Shown here one piece after another: positions 63,678-64,000 of a stretch of DNA of 64,000 nt; position 1 is the stretch's first letter; every line of letters begins with the position of its first letter. The stretch is from Octopus vulgaris (taxonomy: Eukaryota), in contig OX597827.1 in NCBI GenBank assembly GCA_951406725.2, forward strand, positions 4,092,001-4,156,000, written 5' to 3'. The position numbers were made by a program, and so were the translations under genes. A model generated the notes under the pieces. The model was not told the DNA's origin, did not search any database, and saw nothing but the letters and a program-made list of their open reading frames with translations.

Positions 63678-64000
63678 AAATACGAAAACTAATATTACAA
63701 TGTAAAATTGCATCTTATGCCAAGCAATTGCCATTCATTTGAATATAGAGTCAACAAGGGAGCCTTTATGCAGTTGTTAAATCTGCCAGAAATAGTAGTC
63801 AAATATTCCTCAAATCAACTGACCATATCAGCAAATGAAATGTTTGATATGTGATCCTGAGTTCTCTATACATAAGAAAAAGTTGGGATGGGCATGGTTG
63901 GGATGCTTTGATCATAGATCTACTTGATCAGGCCTGACTTGGAGCAAAGCAACACCATTAACTTATATATACATACATACAGACACACTGACACACAAAC

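Overview
This is AT-rich eukaryotic (metazoan) non-coding DNA, densely filled with (TA)n/(CA)n/(CATA)n/(GA)n/(ATG)n microsatellites and nested transposon relics. The repeat inventory strongly resembles an octopus/coleoid cephalopod genome; this is inferred from recognition, not from a search. The repeats include three tRNA-headed SINE families, RTE- and CR1-type LINE relics, Tc1/mariner relics, non-autonomous Helitrons and TTAA MITEs. No host protein-coding gene can be supported, and nearly all listed ORFs are microsatellite or SINE artefacts. The most interesting signal is a set of short fold-back elements sitting in microsatellites, probably derived from Penelope-like elements (PLE), that carry type I hammerhead ribozyme (HHR) motifs. 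One is apparently intact (3059-3103). One is nearly intact and lies inside a ~1-kb-spaced direct repeat whose second copy has a decayed motif (17669-17718, 18703-18745). One family appears to carry a G3:C8-swapped core (28167-28222, 57351-57390). Several more decayed relics are present. Many long inverted repeats that could form dsRNA also occur. All structures were folded by eye, and none has been computed or tested.
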